Origin: Planctomycetota bacterium
GTDB lineage: Bacteria > Planctomycetota > Planctomycetia > Planctomycetales > Planctomycetaceae
Assembly: GCA_031431195.1 (NCBI GenBank)
Contig: JANPCU010000176.1
Coordinates: forward strand, 6,131-70,130
DNA: 64,000 nt
Reading direction: 5' to 3'
The notes under the pieces were generated by a model, which was given only the letters and a program-made list of their open reading frames with translations, ran no database searches and was not told where the DNA came from. Both the position numbers and the translations under genes were made by a program. This document shows positions 36,330 to 45,831 of this stretch, piece after piece (position 1 is the stretch's first letter; every line of letters starts with the position of its first letter).

Positions 36330-36718
36330 AGCGGGTGGTGGTGGATGCCTCGGCATGGCTGGCGTTTTTGCGGGTGGAGCCGGGGGCTGAGGTGGCGGTG
36401 AAGTACATGTTGTTTGCCGCGATGTCGGCGGTGAATTTGTCGGAAGTGCTGGAAACGTGCGTTCACAATGAGCTGGCGGTGAACAAGGTTTTGGCACTCC
36501 TCAAGAACTGGGGGATCGAGATTGTGCCGTTCGATATCAAGCAAGCGACCATCGCAGCTGAGATCAAATGGCAGACGGGGGAAGCGACGTTGACGATCTC
36601 CGAGCGGGCGTGTCTGGCCTTGGCTCGGTCGCGAGGAATTCCGGTGCTGACCTCGAATCGTGAGTGGTCGAAGCTCGACCTGGGAATTGAAGTGATTCAG
36701 ATTCGTGAGGGGACATGA
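36326..36718 (+). CDS. vapC: PIN-domain toxin (VapC-like)
   Basis: GTG 36326 overlaps the vapB stop (GTGA). VKRVVVDASAWLAFL..., ERACLALARSRGIPVLTSNREW. Confidence 0.8.
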   Translation: MKRVVVDASAWLAFLRVEPGAEVAVKYMLFAAMSAVNLSEVLETCVHNELAVNKVLALLKNWGIEIVPFDIKQATIAAEIKWQTGEATLTISERACLALARSRGIPVLTSNREWSKLDLGIEVIQIREGT

Positions 36719-37791
36719 GCGAAGGACTCACCCCTGGTTCGTCTCCCGATCAAGAGGCAGAGCAAGCACGAAAAGTTCCCGAACAGGCACGGGGCAACAT
36801 AATTGCCGCGACCGAGCTGGTCGCCTATGCAGGAACTTCCTCCTTGCAGAAAACAGAGGGGACAAAAGGCGAAGCATTGCCCGCGCTGCTGGCCCGAACG
36901 GGAACGGCGGGGCAGTTCGCCTGGGACGAATTCTTCAGCGGGCAGCTGCGAAACAAGCACACGCGAGCGGCGTATTTGCACGCGGTGCGGCGGTTTCTGG
37001 AGTGGCTCGAAGGGCGGGAGCCAGACCTGGCTCGCGTGACTCCCGGTCTGGTCGGTCGGTACTTCGACGATCTGCCCGTTGCGATCCCGACGAAGAAGCT
37101 GCATTTAGCCGCGATCCGAAGGTTCTTTGATCTGCTGGTACAGAGGCATGTCGTGGTTCTCAACGCGGCGCATTCGGTACGGATGGAACGGTTCTCCGTG
37201 ACTGAAGGGAAAACGCCAGCGATCACCACAGACCAAGCTCGCCAACTCCTGAAATCGATCGACTGCTGCACCCCCGCCGACTTCCGCGACAAGGCCGTCA
37301 TCGCCACGCTGATCTTCACCGCCGCACGGGCCGGAGCCGTCGCCAAGCTGCGAGTGCGTGATCTAATCGACGAAGGCGGGCAGTACGTCCTCAATTTCCA
37401 CGAAAAGGGTGGCAAGCAGCGGAGCATCCCCGTGCGATTCGATTTGCAGCAACTGCTGCTCGACTACCTCAACATCGCCGACCCGCTACGAACCCAAAAA
37501 GACGCTCCACTGTTTCGGTCATTGGAGACGAGCGGCACGCTGTCGTCTCGCCCGCTCAACGGCGTGAACATCTGCCGCATGATGAAACGGCGACTGGCCG
37601 CTGCGAAGTTGCCGACGCACATCTCCCCGCACTCGTTCCGGTCCTGCACCGCGACGGATCTCCTTTTGCAGGGCGTTTCCCTGGAAGATGTCCAATACCT
37701 TCTCGGCCACAGCGACAGCCGAATCACCAAGCTCTACGACCGCCGCCAGCATCAGGTGACGCGGAACATCGTCGAGCGGATTTCGGTCTGA
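36715..37791 (+). CDS. Tyrosine recombinase (XerC/D-like; candidate multimer-resolution or second integrase)
   Basis: The ATG overlaps the vapC stop (ATGA). SAM-like N-domain AAYLHAVRRFLEWL. Catalytic region HSFRSCTATDLLLQGVSLEDVQYLLGHSDSRITKLYD. Confidence 0.85.
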   Translation: MSEGLTPGSSPDQEAEQARKVPEQARGNIIAATELVAYAGTSSLQKTEGTKGEALPALLARTGTAGQFAWDEFFSGQLRNKHTRAAYLHAVRRFLEWLEGREPDLARVTPGLVGRYFDDLPVAIPTKKLHLAAIRRFFDLLVQRHVVVLNAAHSVRMERFSVTEGKTPAITTDQARQLLKSIDCCTPADFRDKAVIATLIFTAARAGAVAKLRVRDLIDEGGQYVLNFHEKGGKQRSIPVRFDLQQLLLDYLNIADPLRTQKDAPLFRSLETSGTLSSRPLNGVNICRMMKRRLAAAKLPTHISPHSFRSCTATDLLLQGVSLEDVQYLLGHSDSRITKLYDRRQHQVTRNIVERISV

Positions 37792-37897
37792 CGTTTCAAT
37801 TGTTGCGACCCGTTAACGAAATCGTTACCAAGCTGGTGTATGCTCAAAGAACGGTCACTCGTGACCGATTTGCAATGCCTAACATAGAGAGGTTGAT

Positions 37898-38476
37898 ATG
37901 GCCAGAAAGAAGAAAGTCACAGCACCAGTTGAAACCGAAACGGGCACAGCCACGGCGGTCGCTGAGTTACCCATCCTTCCGGTGAAAGCTCCGAGGAAAA
38001 AGAGATCTGTTTCGGTCGAAGCCAACGCTGCTCCCGTGGAATCGATCGCCGCTCCTGTGTCCAGCTCGGTCAATAACGTGGAAGCCGCTCCATTCGATAC
38101 GGTCGACACCCCGCCTGCTCCCTCTCTCGCCGAAGCTGGGTCAACGCCCGCTGCAACCACTGCTGCCGCCGTCGCACCGTCAGTGCCCGAAGAGCAACCC
38201 GACCGCCCCCGCTTCCGCAGCTGGACCGTTCGCACCACTTCGGGATACGAAAAACTCACCGATGCCAAACGCGGTCTGCTCGTCCTGAAGTTCCACGATC
38301 GGCCCAGCCAAGAGATTCTCAATGCAGTGAAGGACGGCGGATTCCAGTACCACCCAGACTACGAAAGCCAAGGCAAAGTCTGGCTTCGCAAGAATGACTT
38401 CGAAGGCCGAGTCCAGGTCGACAAGATCGAAGCAGCGTTGAGGCAACTCGAACAAGCCCAAGTGCCTGGGCGGTAG
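37898..38476 (+). CDS. Hypothetical protein (192 aa; Ala/Pro-rich linker plus a C-terminal globular domain)
   Basis: GAGAGG lies before ATG 37898. Coherent C-terminal domain. Confidence 0.6.
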   Translation: MARKKKVTAPVETETGTATAVAELPILPVKAPRKKRSVSVEANAAPVESIAAPVSSSVNNVEAAPFDTVDTPPAPSLAEAGSTPAATTAAAVAPSVPEEQPDRPRFRSWTVRTTSGYEKLTDAKRGLLVLKFHDRPSQEILNAVKDGGFQYHPDYESQGKVWLRKNDFEGRVQVDKIEAALRQLEQAQVPGR

Positions 38477-38623
38477 CCTGTAGGGTTTGAGCTTTTTCGG
38501 TGTTGCGTACTTTTGATGTCGGACCACGAACGTGAAGTCTGCGGTGATGCGGTCGGGCATTGGGAATGAATGGTGCAATGGTTATACTCCTGTCGTGAAT
38601 GATTTCCCCTCTGAGGTCGTCAG

Positions 38624-39514
38624 GTGATGGACAGACACGTCCCTCGTTGGATCTGGGAAGAACCGCATCGTCTGGAGTGCGGTGATGATTGGCGAGTAAC
38701 GACTCGCGGAGCTGATGGTGTAGAATACCATGCCGACGGTCGTCATCTCCAGACTTTGATCTTCGGTTGCGGAGAACAATTTCAGACACCCGAGCATGTG
38801 GTCGAAATCCTTCGAACTTTGGAAGAGCGGCTTGGGCTGGACCCAGGAGAATGGCGCTGGCAAGCCCCGTTCTACGATCAATTCATCCGTAGCTTTTTTC
38901 GGGACCACTCGACGCCTTCTTGGATTAAGATCGCCAATTCGCGGCTCAGTTTTCGGCAACGTGTGGGAGTCGATCGTGGCGTGGCCAGGCATTTTGGACA
39001 GAGTACGCGGCGGTTGTTTCGCTCGAAGTACCTAGGAAGTGAAACGCTTCCGTTTCACGACACGGTTTTGCCAACTCGGTTCTTGCGGATGAAATACCGA
39101 TCAGGGCTGCCGCTGTCGGATTTGAATCTATATGAAGTGAAGATCTATCGAACTTTGGCCGACGACGGACTCGGTGGACCGGTGGCCTGTCAGGAGAACT
39201 GGTTACAACTCGGCAGTCGCGACCGAGAGGACCGCTTGGCGAGAAAAAATGGGGTGAATCTGGCGATCAAAGAGTATCCTGCCGCTGACCCGTGGGGGCG
39301 AATGTCGCCGCTGGTCTCCTTTTGCCGGATGTCTCAGGACCGCAAATGGGTCCACAGCCGCTGTGTCAGTCTCTGCCCTGGAAGTGGTGAAGCGATCGAT
39401 TTCCGGTCCGTGATCCACCGTGCCGACTTCTATTGTCGTTCGGACCTGTCCAACGCATCACTGCTGTCTCAAGTCGTGACACCGGGACAGTACGAGAGGT
39501 TTGCGAATGGCTGA
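38624..39514 (+). CDS. Hypothetical protein (296 aa)
   Basis: Trp/Arg-rich ORF, coupled to the next gene by an 8-nt overlap. Confidence 0.55.
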   Translation: MMDRHVPRWIWEEPHRLECGDDWRVTTRGADGVEYHADGRHLQTLIFGCGEQFQTPEHVVEILRTLEERLGLDPGEWRWQAPFYDQFIRSFFRDHSTPSWIKIANSRLSFRQRVGVDRGVARHFGQSTRRLFRSKYLGSETLPFHDTVLPTRFLRMKYRSGLPLSDLNLYEVKIYRTLADDGLGGPVACQENWLQLGSRDREDRLARKNGVNLAIKEYPAADPWGRMSPLVSFCRMSQDRKWVHSRCVSLCPGSGEAIDFRSVIHRADFYCRSDLSNASLLSQVVTPGQYERFANG

Positions 39515-40403
39515 AACTGCCACGAAGGCTCATCAGCGAGTTCAGTTGCTGGGTAATCTCCTGTGGGGGCTCGTCGACTTGTCGACGTTGAAGCCCTGTC
39601 GTGAACCGGTCGAAACGAATCCTGGATCAGGCTTCGTTCTGGAGTGTGCCTTGCAGGCACTCTTACCGATTTCGCGGAAGGAGCTTCCGAGAGGATTTCT
39701 GGCCGTCGCGGGTGAGAGCCGATTTCTGCGGACACAGTTCCCCGACAATTTGCTGACGATTGTTTCCGAACAGGTCGGTCTCTTAATCCAGACGCTGAGA
39801 ATGAGTCCCGTGGGCTCGCTCGCGAGCAATACGGGAGATCAATATCGAATTGTGTTGGCGATTCACCCGAGTCGTGATATGGCTCGGACATGGATTGAGG
39901 CTCAGAATCATGTGACACAGAAAGATCCCCCGACACCACCCGCAAGTCAGATGTCACCCGCGAAGTGGGTGGCTCTCGCACTGCGAGTTCTTCCGGCAGA
40001 CTATGAGGGCCGTTATCAAGCACTCAAGACTTTCCAGAACGAGATTCGCACGGAAGTCGCAGTTCTGCTCCAGCCCGTATTGCAAGAGCAAGCTGCCGCG
40101 ATGCCGATGGACACCTATGCCGAGAAGCAGCATGTCTCCATGTGGGTCAATTCGCAGCTGCGAGAGTTGGGACTGTCTATTCGCTGCCCGCATACTGGTC
40201 GCCCGGCGATTCTGGTGGCTGACCTGCGAGATGCGGAGACGCAATCGAGCCGCTTCCGGTATGCGATCCGCGATGAGCGAGGCCGACAGACGAAGACGGT
40301 CTCGTCCAAGCAGTTCCCCGATTTGGAATTGATGGCGGATGAACCTCGCCAGGAATCGCGGGCCAAAGGCCCTGCGGCAGGACGAGTTCCACGGGATGAA
40401 TAA
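39507..40403 (+). CDS. Hypothetical protein (298 aa)
   Basis: ATGGCTGA overlap with the upstream stop. The track start is 39501. Confidence 0.55.
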   Translation: MAETATKAHQRVQLLGNLLWGLVDLSTLKPCREPVETNPGSGFVLECALQALLPISRKELPRGFLAVAGESRFLRTQFPDNLLTIVSEQVGLLIQTLRMSPVGSLASNTGDQYRIVLAIHPSRDMARTWIEAQNHVTQKDPPTPPASQMSPAKWVALALRVLPADYEGRYQALKTFQNEIRTEVAVLLQPVLQEQAAAMPMDTYAEKQHVSMWVNSQLRELGLSIRCPHTGRPAILVADLRDAETQSSRFRYAIRDERGRQTKTVSSKQFPDLELMADEPRQESRAKGPAAGRVPRDE

Positions 40404-40618
40404 TTTTTGAAAATGACCACTTGCCTGACACGGCGGGGTGCTTGTACAATACCCCAGTCGAGAACGAAGGCTGTTCGGCCTTGCTCTTGCCTCTGTTTCT
40501 GTCTTGCGGGGTGCATATACATGAACCCTTTGAGGCGGGAACGTCCGTTTCCTGTCAGACCAGAACGGTCGTGAGTCGCGGCCTGCGTGGTCGGCAAGTC
40601 CCAGAAAGGACGAGTTCG

Positions 40619-40834
40619 ATGCTTCCTTTGATTCCGATTCTGTGTATTGCCGCGCTCATTGGGGGTGCGGGTGGGCTGGCTTGGTACGAGTCTCTCTCGA
40701 AGGACGAGCAGGAGAAGGCGGACAAGCTGGCCGGTGAGTTGGCCTGGAGTCTGTACCAGAAGTCGCTGAAGAATCTGACCCGCGATCAGGCGGAGAACGT
40801 GGCGGCGATGGTGCAGCGGAAGATGGGGGCCTAG
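40619..40834 (+). CDS. Small single-TM protein (71 aa)
   Basis: MLPLIPILCIAALIGGAGGLAWY, then a charged helix. The upstream part of the track ORF looks non-coding. Confidence 0.45.
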   Translation: MLPLIPILCIAALIGGAGGLAWYESLSKDEQEKADKLAGELAWSLYQKSLKNLTRDQAENVAAMVQRKMGA

Positions 40835-40946
40835 GCCCTCGTCGCGGTGTTCCGGGGGTGGGGGCCGCTGGGTCGCCCCCGCTCTCTTCTATGCAGCGTG
40901 TGATGTGGAATCGCAGCTGCCAGTCTTCAAACTAGGAGTCTTTGTC

Positions 40947-41222
40947 ATGCTGGAAACAATCAAGTTGTTGATGATGTGCGGCACGCTCATTGTGATCGCG
41001 TTTGGCGTATTGCTCGCGATGCCGAAGAGTGAGTTGCGAACGTTTCTGATGCCGATTGTGGGGTGGACGTTCGCCATCTTCGCCGGTGCGTATTGCCTGT
41101 CTCCTATCGACGTTGTCCCGGAGATTGTCGCTGGTCCCATTGGTCTTATCGATGACGTAGCCGTTGCTATCGCGGGTTACGCTGCGGCAAAGGCCGCGAT
41201 GAAGGCGAAACAAGAGGCATGA
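40947..41222 (+). CDS. DUF1232 (YkvA-like) membrane protein
   Basis: YCLSPIDVVPEIVAGPIGLIDDVAVAIAG matches the Y-x-x-S/P-x-D-x-IPD...G-x-x-DD pattern of that family (from memory). Confidence 0.6.
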   Translation: MLETIKLLMMCGTLIVIAFGVLLAMPKSELRTFLMPIVGWTFAIFAGAYCLSPIDVVPEIVAGPIGLIDDVAVAIAGYAAAKAAMKAKQEA

Positions 41223-41277
41223 CCTCATCCGCTGTCCGTGTTCGGACCTCACCTGTCTGCTCTGATCGGAGTCCGCC

Positions 41278-41766
41278 ATGAGCTTCCTGTCTTTCCTCTT
41301 TCGTGGTGCGTCCGACCGCCAGAAGGTCAATCGACGAACGAACAAGGCCATGCGGCGCTTGGGTCGTCCAGTGCGGGAGGTGAGTGAAGGGCGTTGGGAA
41401 GTGGTGCAGGAGCCGCCTCTTCAAGGCTATCTCATCTCGCTTCAGGCTTGGGAGTTCCCGGATCGGGCGGAGTTCATGGCCTTCGCGGATGTCGTGATTG
41501 ATCGCGACTGGTATCAGCGGGGCATGGCCCTCTGGTTGCTCGAAGAGAACGACAAGCTGCGTTGCGGGTCGTTGCGGCTGATCGAGACGCGCGAGGGGCT
41601 GACGCTGGCCGTCGGGCGGGTATGTGAGTTCCCGCTCTATACGGAAGCGGCGCTCAGCCGGGTGGCAGCTGAGCTGCTGAGTGAAACGTCACGGGTCATT
41701 CAGAAGTTGCTGGCGATGGAGTTCATCAGTCGTCGGACGGGCGGCGAACAGTCGCCAGCGAAGTAA
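41278..41766 (+). CDS. Hypothetical protein (162 aa)
   Basis: Coherent ORF directly upstream of parB. Confidence 0.55.
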   Translation: MSFLSFLFRGASDRQKVNRRTNKAMRRLGRPVREVSEGRWEVVQEPPLQGYLISLQAWEFPDRAEFMAFADVVIDRDWYQRGMALWLLEENDKLRCGSLRLIETREGLTLAVGRVCEFPLYTEAALSRVAAELLSETSRVIQKLLAMEFISRRTGGEQSPAK

Positions 41767-41817
41767 CGTCGGTCCGACTTTCCCCGCGAAATCCTTTCTT
41801 CCACAAGAGGTGTCCTC

Positions 41818-42654
41818 ATGGTTCTTCCCAGTACCAACTCGGACGATGAGATCCGAGAGATTCTGATTGCTGATGTTATTGTCGATCCGCAGGTGCGGAA
41901 GGAGTTTGCGTCGTCGTCGCTGGAAGAACTGGCGGCGTCTTTGAAGGAAGCAGGGCAGCTGCAACCGATTCTGGTGCGGCAGCGTGGAGACAAGTTCCCA
42001 CTGGTCTGTGGCGAGCGGCGGGTGCGGGCGGCAGAGCTGGCAGGTTGGAAGAAAATTCGGGCGATTGTCACGCACGTCGATTTGACCGAGAGCGAAATCC
42101 TCCAGCGTCAGTTGATCGAGAACATGCAGCGGGTCGACCTTTGCCCCATCGAAAAGGCCAAGGGGACGCAGCAGTTGATGGAGCTGAACGGGTTGAAGGC
42201 GGGAGTGGTCGCCACTCGATTGGGGGTGAGTGCCACCAAGGTGACAAAGCAACTGAGTCTGCTGACACTCTCGAAGGCGATTCAGGAGAAGGTGGCTAGC
42301 GGAGAGATTTCCGCCAGTGCGGCTTATGAACTCTCGCGGGTGACCAGCGATGCGGAGCGCGATCAGCTGGCTGACGATCTGGTGGCCGGGCGGCTGACTC
42401 GGGACGGTCTTGTCGGAGCGATCAAGTCTCGGTCGAAGCCGGACAAGCCGAAGCAGAGCGAAGTGACGACTCGCGTGACCGCTCTGCTGGGCGGTGGACG
42501 AACGGTCACGGTGTTGGGACCGTCGCTCAACCTCGAAGGGTTCATTGAACTGCTGGAGGAGTTGTTGGCGAAGGCCCGCAAGGTGCGACCGCAGGGCGTG
42601 GAACTGGGAACGTTCTCCAAGATGCTCCGCGATCAGGCGATGCAACAGTTGTAG
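41818..42654 (+). CDS. parB: ParB/KorB-like nuclease-fold DNA-binding protein
   Basis: QLQPILVRQRGDKFPLVCGERRVRAAELAG (GERRxRA box), followed by an HTH region. Confidence 0.85.
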   Translation: MVLPSTNSDDEIREILIADVIVDPQVRKEFASSSLEELAASLKEAGQLQPILVRQRGDKFPLVCGERRVRAAELAGWKKIRAIVTHVDLTESEILQRQLIENMQRVDLCPIEKAKGTQQLMELNGLKAGVVATRLGVSATKVTKQLSLLTLSKAIQEKVASGEISASAAYELSRVTSDAERDQLADDLVAGRLTRDGLVGAIKSRSKPDKPKQSEVTTRVTALLGGGRTVTVLGPSLNLEGFIELLEELLAKARKVRPQGVELGTFSKMLRDQAMQQL

Positions 42655-42684
42655 CAGACATCGCAGCTGGAGAGGAGTCTTCTC

Positions 42685-44166
42685 ATGTGGCCGTTTCGTA
42701 AACGAAACCAACCGCCGCCCGCGACTCTGAAGTGGTTGTTGACTGATCCCGTGTTGTGGTTCTCGGGTCGTGATCCCTGGACCATCGGGGATGCCTGTCA
42801 AGGGTGCCAGATCTGGGGGGCCACAGGTTCTGGGAAGACCAGCGGAAGCCTCTCCTGGACCACGAGGTCGTATCTCTCGATGGGATTCGGAGGGATCTTT
42901 CTCACGGTCAAGCCGGGGGACCGTGAGGTCTACGAGGGGTACTGTCGTGCGACGGGACGGCTCAATGATCTGGTGTTGTTCGGTCCGGGGCATCCGGCTC
43001 GATTCAACTTCATCGACAGTGAGTTGCAGCGGACCGATCGCGGCGCGGGTCACGTCGAGAATCTGGTCAGCCTGTTCTCAACCATACTGGAGATCAGCGA
43101 CCGCAATCGCAGTCGCGGCGGTGGGGAGGGCGACCAGTATTGGAAGCTCACGAACCGCCAGCTCACTCGCAACGCGATGGAGTTGCTGATTCAGGCCAAG
43201 GGGACGATTACGATTCCCGATTTGTATCGGCTCGTGGTGAGCGCTCCGACCTCGTTCGAGCAGCTGCAATCGGAAGCGTGGCGGGCGAGCTCGTTTTGCT
43301 TTCATTGCCTGACCGAAGCGGATGCGAAGGTCTCGCCCGAGAAGCGAGCCGACCTCCAACTGGCGACGGATTTCTTCTGCGTCGAGTGGCCCCAGCTTAG
43401 CGAAAAAACGCGGTCGATTGTTCAAAGTACATTGACTTCGATGCTCGATGTCTTGAATCGCGGCGTGGTCAGAGAGTTACTCTCGCCTGCCGAGACAACC
43501 GTGCGGCCCGAGATGGCGTGCGACGGGAAGATCATCCTCGTCGACATGCCACTGAAGCTGTTCGGAGAGGTCGGACAGTTCGTGCAGACCGTATGGAAAT
43601 ATTGCTTTCAGCAGGCGATGGAACGTCGCGACGTGGCGACGAATCCACGGCCTGTGTTCATCGTCGTCGACGAGAGTCATCTGCTCGCGACATCGAGTGA
43701 TCAAGTGTTCCAGACCACGGCGAGAAGCTCGCGCACAGCTGTGGTGTATGCCACGCAATCGATCTCGAACTATCTGGCGGCGTTTGGCGGTGAGCAGTCG
43801 GAAGCGGAAGTTCACAGCTTGCTCGGCAACTTGCAAACCCAATTCTTTCACCAACAGGCTGACACCCGAACGAACACCTACGCCGCTGAGTTGATCGGTC
43901 GCACGAAGCAATACTTCATGAACTCGAACACGAACTGGGGACCGACCGACTGGAGCAGCGTGCTGCTCGGCGGTCGGACGGATACCGGCAGTTCAGCGGG
44001 TATGTCGGAGCAGTTTGAGTTCGAGGTGCAACCGAGTGAGTTCACCACGCTGCGGCAGGGCGGACCGCCTGACTGGCTGGTCGATGCCATTGTCGTCCGT
44101 GGCGGAAAGCGGTTCGCTCAGACGGGCCGACCGTGGCTGCCGGTGACGATTCGTCAGCATTTCTAA
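42685..44166 (+). CDS. Type IV coupling protein-like ATPase (TraG/TraD/VirD4 family) without an obvious N-terminal TM anchor
   Basis: Walker A IWGATGSGKTSG, Walker B PVFIVVDESHLL, then SRTAVVYATQSISN. Confidence 0.75.
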   Translation: MWPFRKRNQPPPATLKWLLTDPVLWFSGRDPWTIGDACQGCQIWGATGSGKTSGSLSWTTRSYLSMGFGGIFLTVKPGDREVYEGYCRATGRLNDLVLFGPGHPARFNFIDSELQRTDRGAGHVENLVSLFSTILEISDRNRSRGGGEGDQYWKLTNRQLTRNAMELLIQAKGTITIPDLYRLVVSAPTSFEQLQSEAWRASSFCFHCLTEADAKVSPEKRADLQLATDFFCVEWPQLSEKTRSIVQSTLTSMLDVLNRGVVRELLSPAETTVRPEMACDGKIILVDMPLKLFGEVGQFVQTVWKYCFQQAMERRDVATNPRPVFIVVDESHLLATSSDQVFQTTARSSRTAVVYATQSISNYLAAFGGEQSEAEVHSLLGNLQTQFFHQQADTRTNTYAAELIGRTKQYFMNSNTNWGPTDWSSVLLGGRTDTGSSAGMSEQFEFEVQPSEFTTLRQGGPPDWLVDAIVVRGGKRFAQTGRPWLPVTIRQHF

Positions 44167-44392
44167 CAGCAGCGAGCGGGTGGGCGTCAGCCCCCCGTGC
44201 AGCCCGGCACGTTTCGCTCAGGCCGGTTGTGTCTCGCTCCCAGTTGTCATCACTGAACTCCACCTGGGGGAACAGGACACGACCCACGTGGCACGGCGGA
44301 CTCACGTCCGCCGCTTGCTGTCGACTACGGACGGGCAAATGTGCCCGTCCCACGATCCGCTCGTCTCTCTTCATACCTTGGAATCGCGACCC

Positions 44393-44992
44393 ATGTCTCA
44401 ACCACAATCACAGCCGGAACCCTCCGATATCCAGAGCAGCATGAACCTGCTGATGGTGGTGCTTCATATCTATTCGACCTCGATCGAAGTCTTCCTGCAT
44501 CGCGGGATGGGGGCACGGTATCTCGGCCTGCAAGCAGTCTTCGTGCTGTTCCTGGTGCCGCTGCACACGGGCTTCATGCGAACGAAAGATCCGTCGTTGA
44601 CTGGTCTCTTTCTGCTAGCCTACCTCGGAGCTTGTCTCGGACAACGCGCATTCATCCTCGCCCGAAACAGGACAGGACAGGTCGTGCATTCCCGCTACAA
44701 CGGCTACCCGTGGTTGCTCGGGGCCAAGTCGCGGTTCGATGAACTGAACTGGAAGGGACGGGCTGAACCGCTCCTCATCCTCGCAGGCGGACTGCTGTTC
44801 GCAGTCATCGACGAAGGCTTTGGTTCGTACATCATGACAGCTGGTGGAGCGATGTTCTTCAAGAACCTCCTGCACCAGCAACTCCGCAGTCAGGAACTCA
44901 TGGACATGCAAGACAGCCTCGTCGAGCAACAACATCGGGCCGCAGAGTTCCGCCAAATGAACGACGGCTACGATCGCTCGCCAAGGCGGTAG
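44393..44992 (+). CDS. Polytopic membrane protein (199 aa)
   Basis: The start at MSQPQSQ is preferred. TM helices LLMVVLHIYS, LQAVFVLFLVPL, LTGLFLLAYLGACL and LLILAGGLLFAVI. Confidence 0.55.
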   Translation: MSQPQSQPEPSDIQSSMNLLMVVLHIYSTSIEVFLHRGMGARYLGLQAVFVLFLVPLHTGFMRTKDPSLTGLFLLAYLGACLGQRAFILARNRTGQVVHSRYNGYPWLLGAKSRFDELNWKGRAEPLLILAGGLLFAVIDEGFGSYIMTAGGAMFFKNLLHQQLRSQELMDMQDSLVEQQHRAAEFRQMNDGYDRSPRR

Positions 44993-45091
44993 TGTCGTTC
45001 GTCGTGTCCACGCTGCACTCCACTTCAATCGGGCACGTCGAGCCAGGGCGACGGCTCACGCTTCTCACTTCCAACGATCAGGATCTCCCGC

Positions 45092-45415
45092 ATGTCCACT
45101 CCCAAACCCAGCGACGACAAACCCCAAGCCAAGATCGGCACTGGCCACGCCAACGCCATGTTCCGGCAAGGTCTCAGCGAACTGCGAGCCAGTCTCTATA
45201 CCGGCTCCAACATTGCCCAATCCGCTGAATACGGCCTCTATGGACATCAGACACCTGGTGAGATCGCCGCCGACCGCAAGCCCGATCCGACGCCGACACT
45301 CGAAGAAGAACCCGTCCAGTCACCGCTCCAGCAATCGATGAAAGAGGCCGAGTCTCGCTCTCAAGATAGGTCTCCCGCTCGCGAACGAGATCAGAACAAG
45401 GATCGTGATCGGTGA
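45092..45415 (+). CDS. Hypothetical hydrophilic protein (107 aa)
   Basis: ORF only. Confidence 0.45.
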   Translation: MSTPKPSDDKPQAKIGTGHANAMFRQGLSELRASLYTGSNIAQSAEYGLYGHQTPGEIAADRKPDPTPTLEEEPVQSPLQQSMKEAESRSQDRSPARERDQNKDRDR

Positions 45416-45544
45416 TGAGAGTCGCCTTCTCCCTCCCTAAAGAGCGTTCTTTCGCGGAACGAAAGACGACGAAGAGCAAAACGCTCCCCATTGATTCATA
45501 TCACGTCACTCGTTCCCCTCCTCCTAACATAAACTACCTCGCTC

Positions 45545-45793
45545 ATGGACCAAGCCCCCTCTCCCCGTCTGCTCACCATCAGTGAGACTGCGACGTGCCT
45601 TGGCTGTTCTGAGGCCAACGTGTACGCACTGATCGACTCGGGCAAGCTGCCGTATGTCCCGGTCGGTAAACGGAAGGGCTACCGCGTGTCGCTCGAAGAT
45701 GTGCGGACCTTTATCGACGCCCGCAAGGTCCAGAAACAACCGACGGAGACGAAGCCGAACTATCGACCTCGCCTCCGTCATATTCGCCTGTGA
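45545..45793 (+). CDS. xis: Excisionase-family HTH DNA-binding protein
   Basis: LLTISETATCLGCSEANVYALIDSGKLPYVPVGKRKGYRVSLEDVRTFI. Convergent with int. Confidence 0.75.
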   Translation: MDQAPSPRLLTISETATCLGCSEANVYALIDSGKLPYVPVGKRKGYRVSLEDVRTFIDARKVQKQPTETKPNYRPRLRHIRL

Positions 45794-45831
45794 GACGATC
45801 GACGATCGCGTTCACCGTTGCTGTATCCGAC

